32,000 nucleotides of DNA from Candidatus Methylomirabilis oxygeniifera (GTDB lineage: Bacteria; Methylomirabilota; Methylomirabilia; Methylomirabilales; Methylomirabilaceae). The stretch is from assembly GCA_000091165.1 (NCBI GenBank), contig FP565575.1, forward strand, positions 90,001 to 122,000. The letters are read 5' to 3'. The position numbers and the translations under genes were made by a program. The notes beneath the pieces were generated by a model. It saw only the letters and a list, made by a program, of their open reading frames with translations. It searched no databases and was not told where the DNA came from. Positions 30,804 through 32,000 of the stretch are shown here, piece by piece. Every line of letters begins with the position of its first letter. The first letter of the stretch is position 1.

Positions 30804-32000
30804 ATGAGTGTGAAACGTCGTATGTCACTGATCGGAGGTCTGCTGGTTTTGGCCGGCAGCCTTGCGATATCGGCGCCTATCGTCTCAGCTAATGATGATG
30901 TGTTGAAGCTTCAAAAAGATGATGGCCAGTGGGTAGTCCAGAGCAAGAACTATTCAGGGACCCGCTACAGCACCCTGAACCAGATTACGCCCGAAAACGC
31001 AAAAAATCTCAAAGTCGCCTGGTCGTTCTCCTTGGGGACGCTAAACGGCCAGCAGGGCGGCCCGCTGGTTGTCGGCGACACAATGTATGCCCATAGCTCA
31101 TACGCTGGAGGCCCTACAGGTCACTCGCACAACATCTTTGCGCTCGACCTATCCAAGGAAGGAGCGCCGATCAAGTGGCGGTATAATGCGAAGTATGACC
31201 AAAAGGCACCTCCCGTCGCCTGCTGCGACTTAGTTCATAAGGGCCTACAGTATGCGAACGGCAAGATCCTGTACCAGACGCTTGATGGAATGGTGATCGC
31301 TCTTGATGCCAAGACCGGCAAGGAGCTCTGGAAGACTCGGAACGCCGACCCCTCCAAGGGTGAGACGAGCACTGCCGCCGGCCTGGTGATTAAAGATAAG
31401 TATATCGCCGGTGTCGCCGGGGGCGAGTTCGGGGTGCGCGGCTGGGTGGCGGCCTACGACATCAATACCGGCAAGCAGGTCTGGAAGGCCCGCAGCATGG
31501 GGCCCGATGAAGAGATCAAGCTTGCCCCTGATTTCAATGCCGCCAACCCGCATTACGGACGATTCGGCGAGGGGACCAAGAGTTGGCCCGGCGAGATGTG
31601 GAAACAGGGCGGCGGTACGACCTGGGGCTATTATGCGTACGATCCTGAGCTGAACCTGCTTTACTACGGTAGCGGCAACCCAGGGACCTGGAATCCCGCC
31701 CCTCGGAAAGGCGGCGATAACAAGTGGTCGATGACTATCTGGGCTCGCAATCCCGACACTGGGGTGGCCAAGTGGGCCTATCAGATGACCCCGTGGGATA
31801 ACTGGGACTACGATGGGATCGATGAATCCGTTTTGACCGAGCAGACATTCGGTGGCAAGAAGCGGAAGGTGCTCACGCACTTTGACCGCAATGGGTTCGT
31901 CTACACACTGGATCGAGCGGATGGAACCTTGCTGGCCGCTGATGCCTTCGTCTATGTCAACTGGGCGAAGGGGATCGACCTGAAGACGGGGCGGCCGATC
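30804..32000 (+). CDS. xoxF: PQQ-dependent methanol dehydrogenase, lanthanide-type (XoxF), copy 2; 3' end outside the window
   Basis: Not in the ORF track because it is open-ended. AGAGGGAGG SD before ATG 30804, and the frame is open for 399 codons to nt 32000. MSVKRRMSLIGGLLVLAGSLAISAPIVSA-NDD signal peptide, PVACCDLVHKG. Active-site PWDNWDYDGIDE (D-Y-D at 31806-31814). Confidence 0.92.
   Translation, partial: MSVKRRMSLIGGLLVLAGSLAISAPIVSANDDVLKLQKDDGQWVVQSKNYSGTRYSTLNQITPENAKNLKVAWSFSLGTLNGQQGGPLVVGDTMYAHSSYAGGPTGHSHNIFALDLSKEGAPIKWRYNAKYDQKAPPVACCDLVHKGLQYANGKILYQTLDGMVIALDAKTGKELWKTRNADPSKGETSTAAGLVIKDKYIAGVAGGEFGVRGWVAAYDINTGKQVWKARSMGPDEEIKLAPDFNAANPHYGRFGEGTKSWPGEMWKQGGGTTWGYYAYDPELNLLYYGSGNPGTWNPAPRKGGDNKWSMTIWARNPDTGVAKWAYQMTPWDNWDYDGIDESVLTEQTFGGKKRKVLTHFDRNGFVYTLDRADGTLLAADAFVYVNWAKGIDLKTGRPI

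Overview
GC-rich (about 60%) bacterial chromosomal window, almost entirely + strand coding. It is dominated by a methanol-oxidation supercluster with three PQQ methanol dehydrogenase (MDH) large-subunit genes. (1) A complete Ca-type operon mxaFJGI-RSACKL-D (6644-16304). (2) A lanthanide-type xoxF operon (17814-25674): xoxF, a XoxJ-ankyrin fusion, lipoprotein xoxG, a YVTN beta-propeller and a TonB-dependent receptor. (3) A second xoxF that runs off the 3' end (30804->32000). The MxaF/XoxF calls rest on the D-Y-A versus D-Y-D active-site signature. Upstream lie the 3' end of another TonB-dependent receptor, a sensor kinase and an NtrC-type sigma-54 activator. A decayed mobile/accessory patch follows (3.6-6.3 kb): a RayT/IS200-like transposase remnant, vapBC flanked by ~90-bp direct repeats, an integron-integrase C-terminal remnant and clustered REP-like palindromes. 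Between xoxF copy 1 and copy 2 sit a TonB protein, a secreted protein made of 14 tandem 24-residue acidic repeats, and a large FG-GAP protein. The main non-coding signal is four well-formed sigma-54 (-24/-12) promoters inside two families of duplicated upstream blocks. These link the kinase/regulator operon, mxaF and the first xoxF. Other points of interest: mxaL reads into mxaD with no stop codon, XoxJ is fused to ankyrin repeats, both cytochromes carry lipoboxes, a TonB receptor lies inside the xoxF operon, and a receptor 3' remnant sits beside an inverted-repeat element. I saw no tRNA, rRNA or CRISPR array. The three-MDH layout recalls what I remember for NC10 'Ca. Methylomirabilis', but I cannot verify taxonomy without a search. 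All protein family calls come from motif reading, not database hits.
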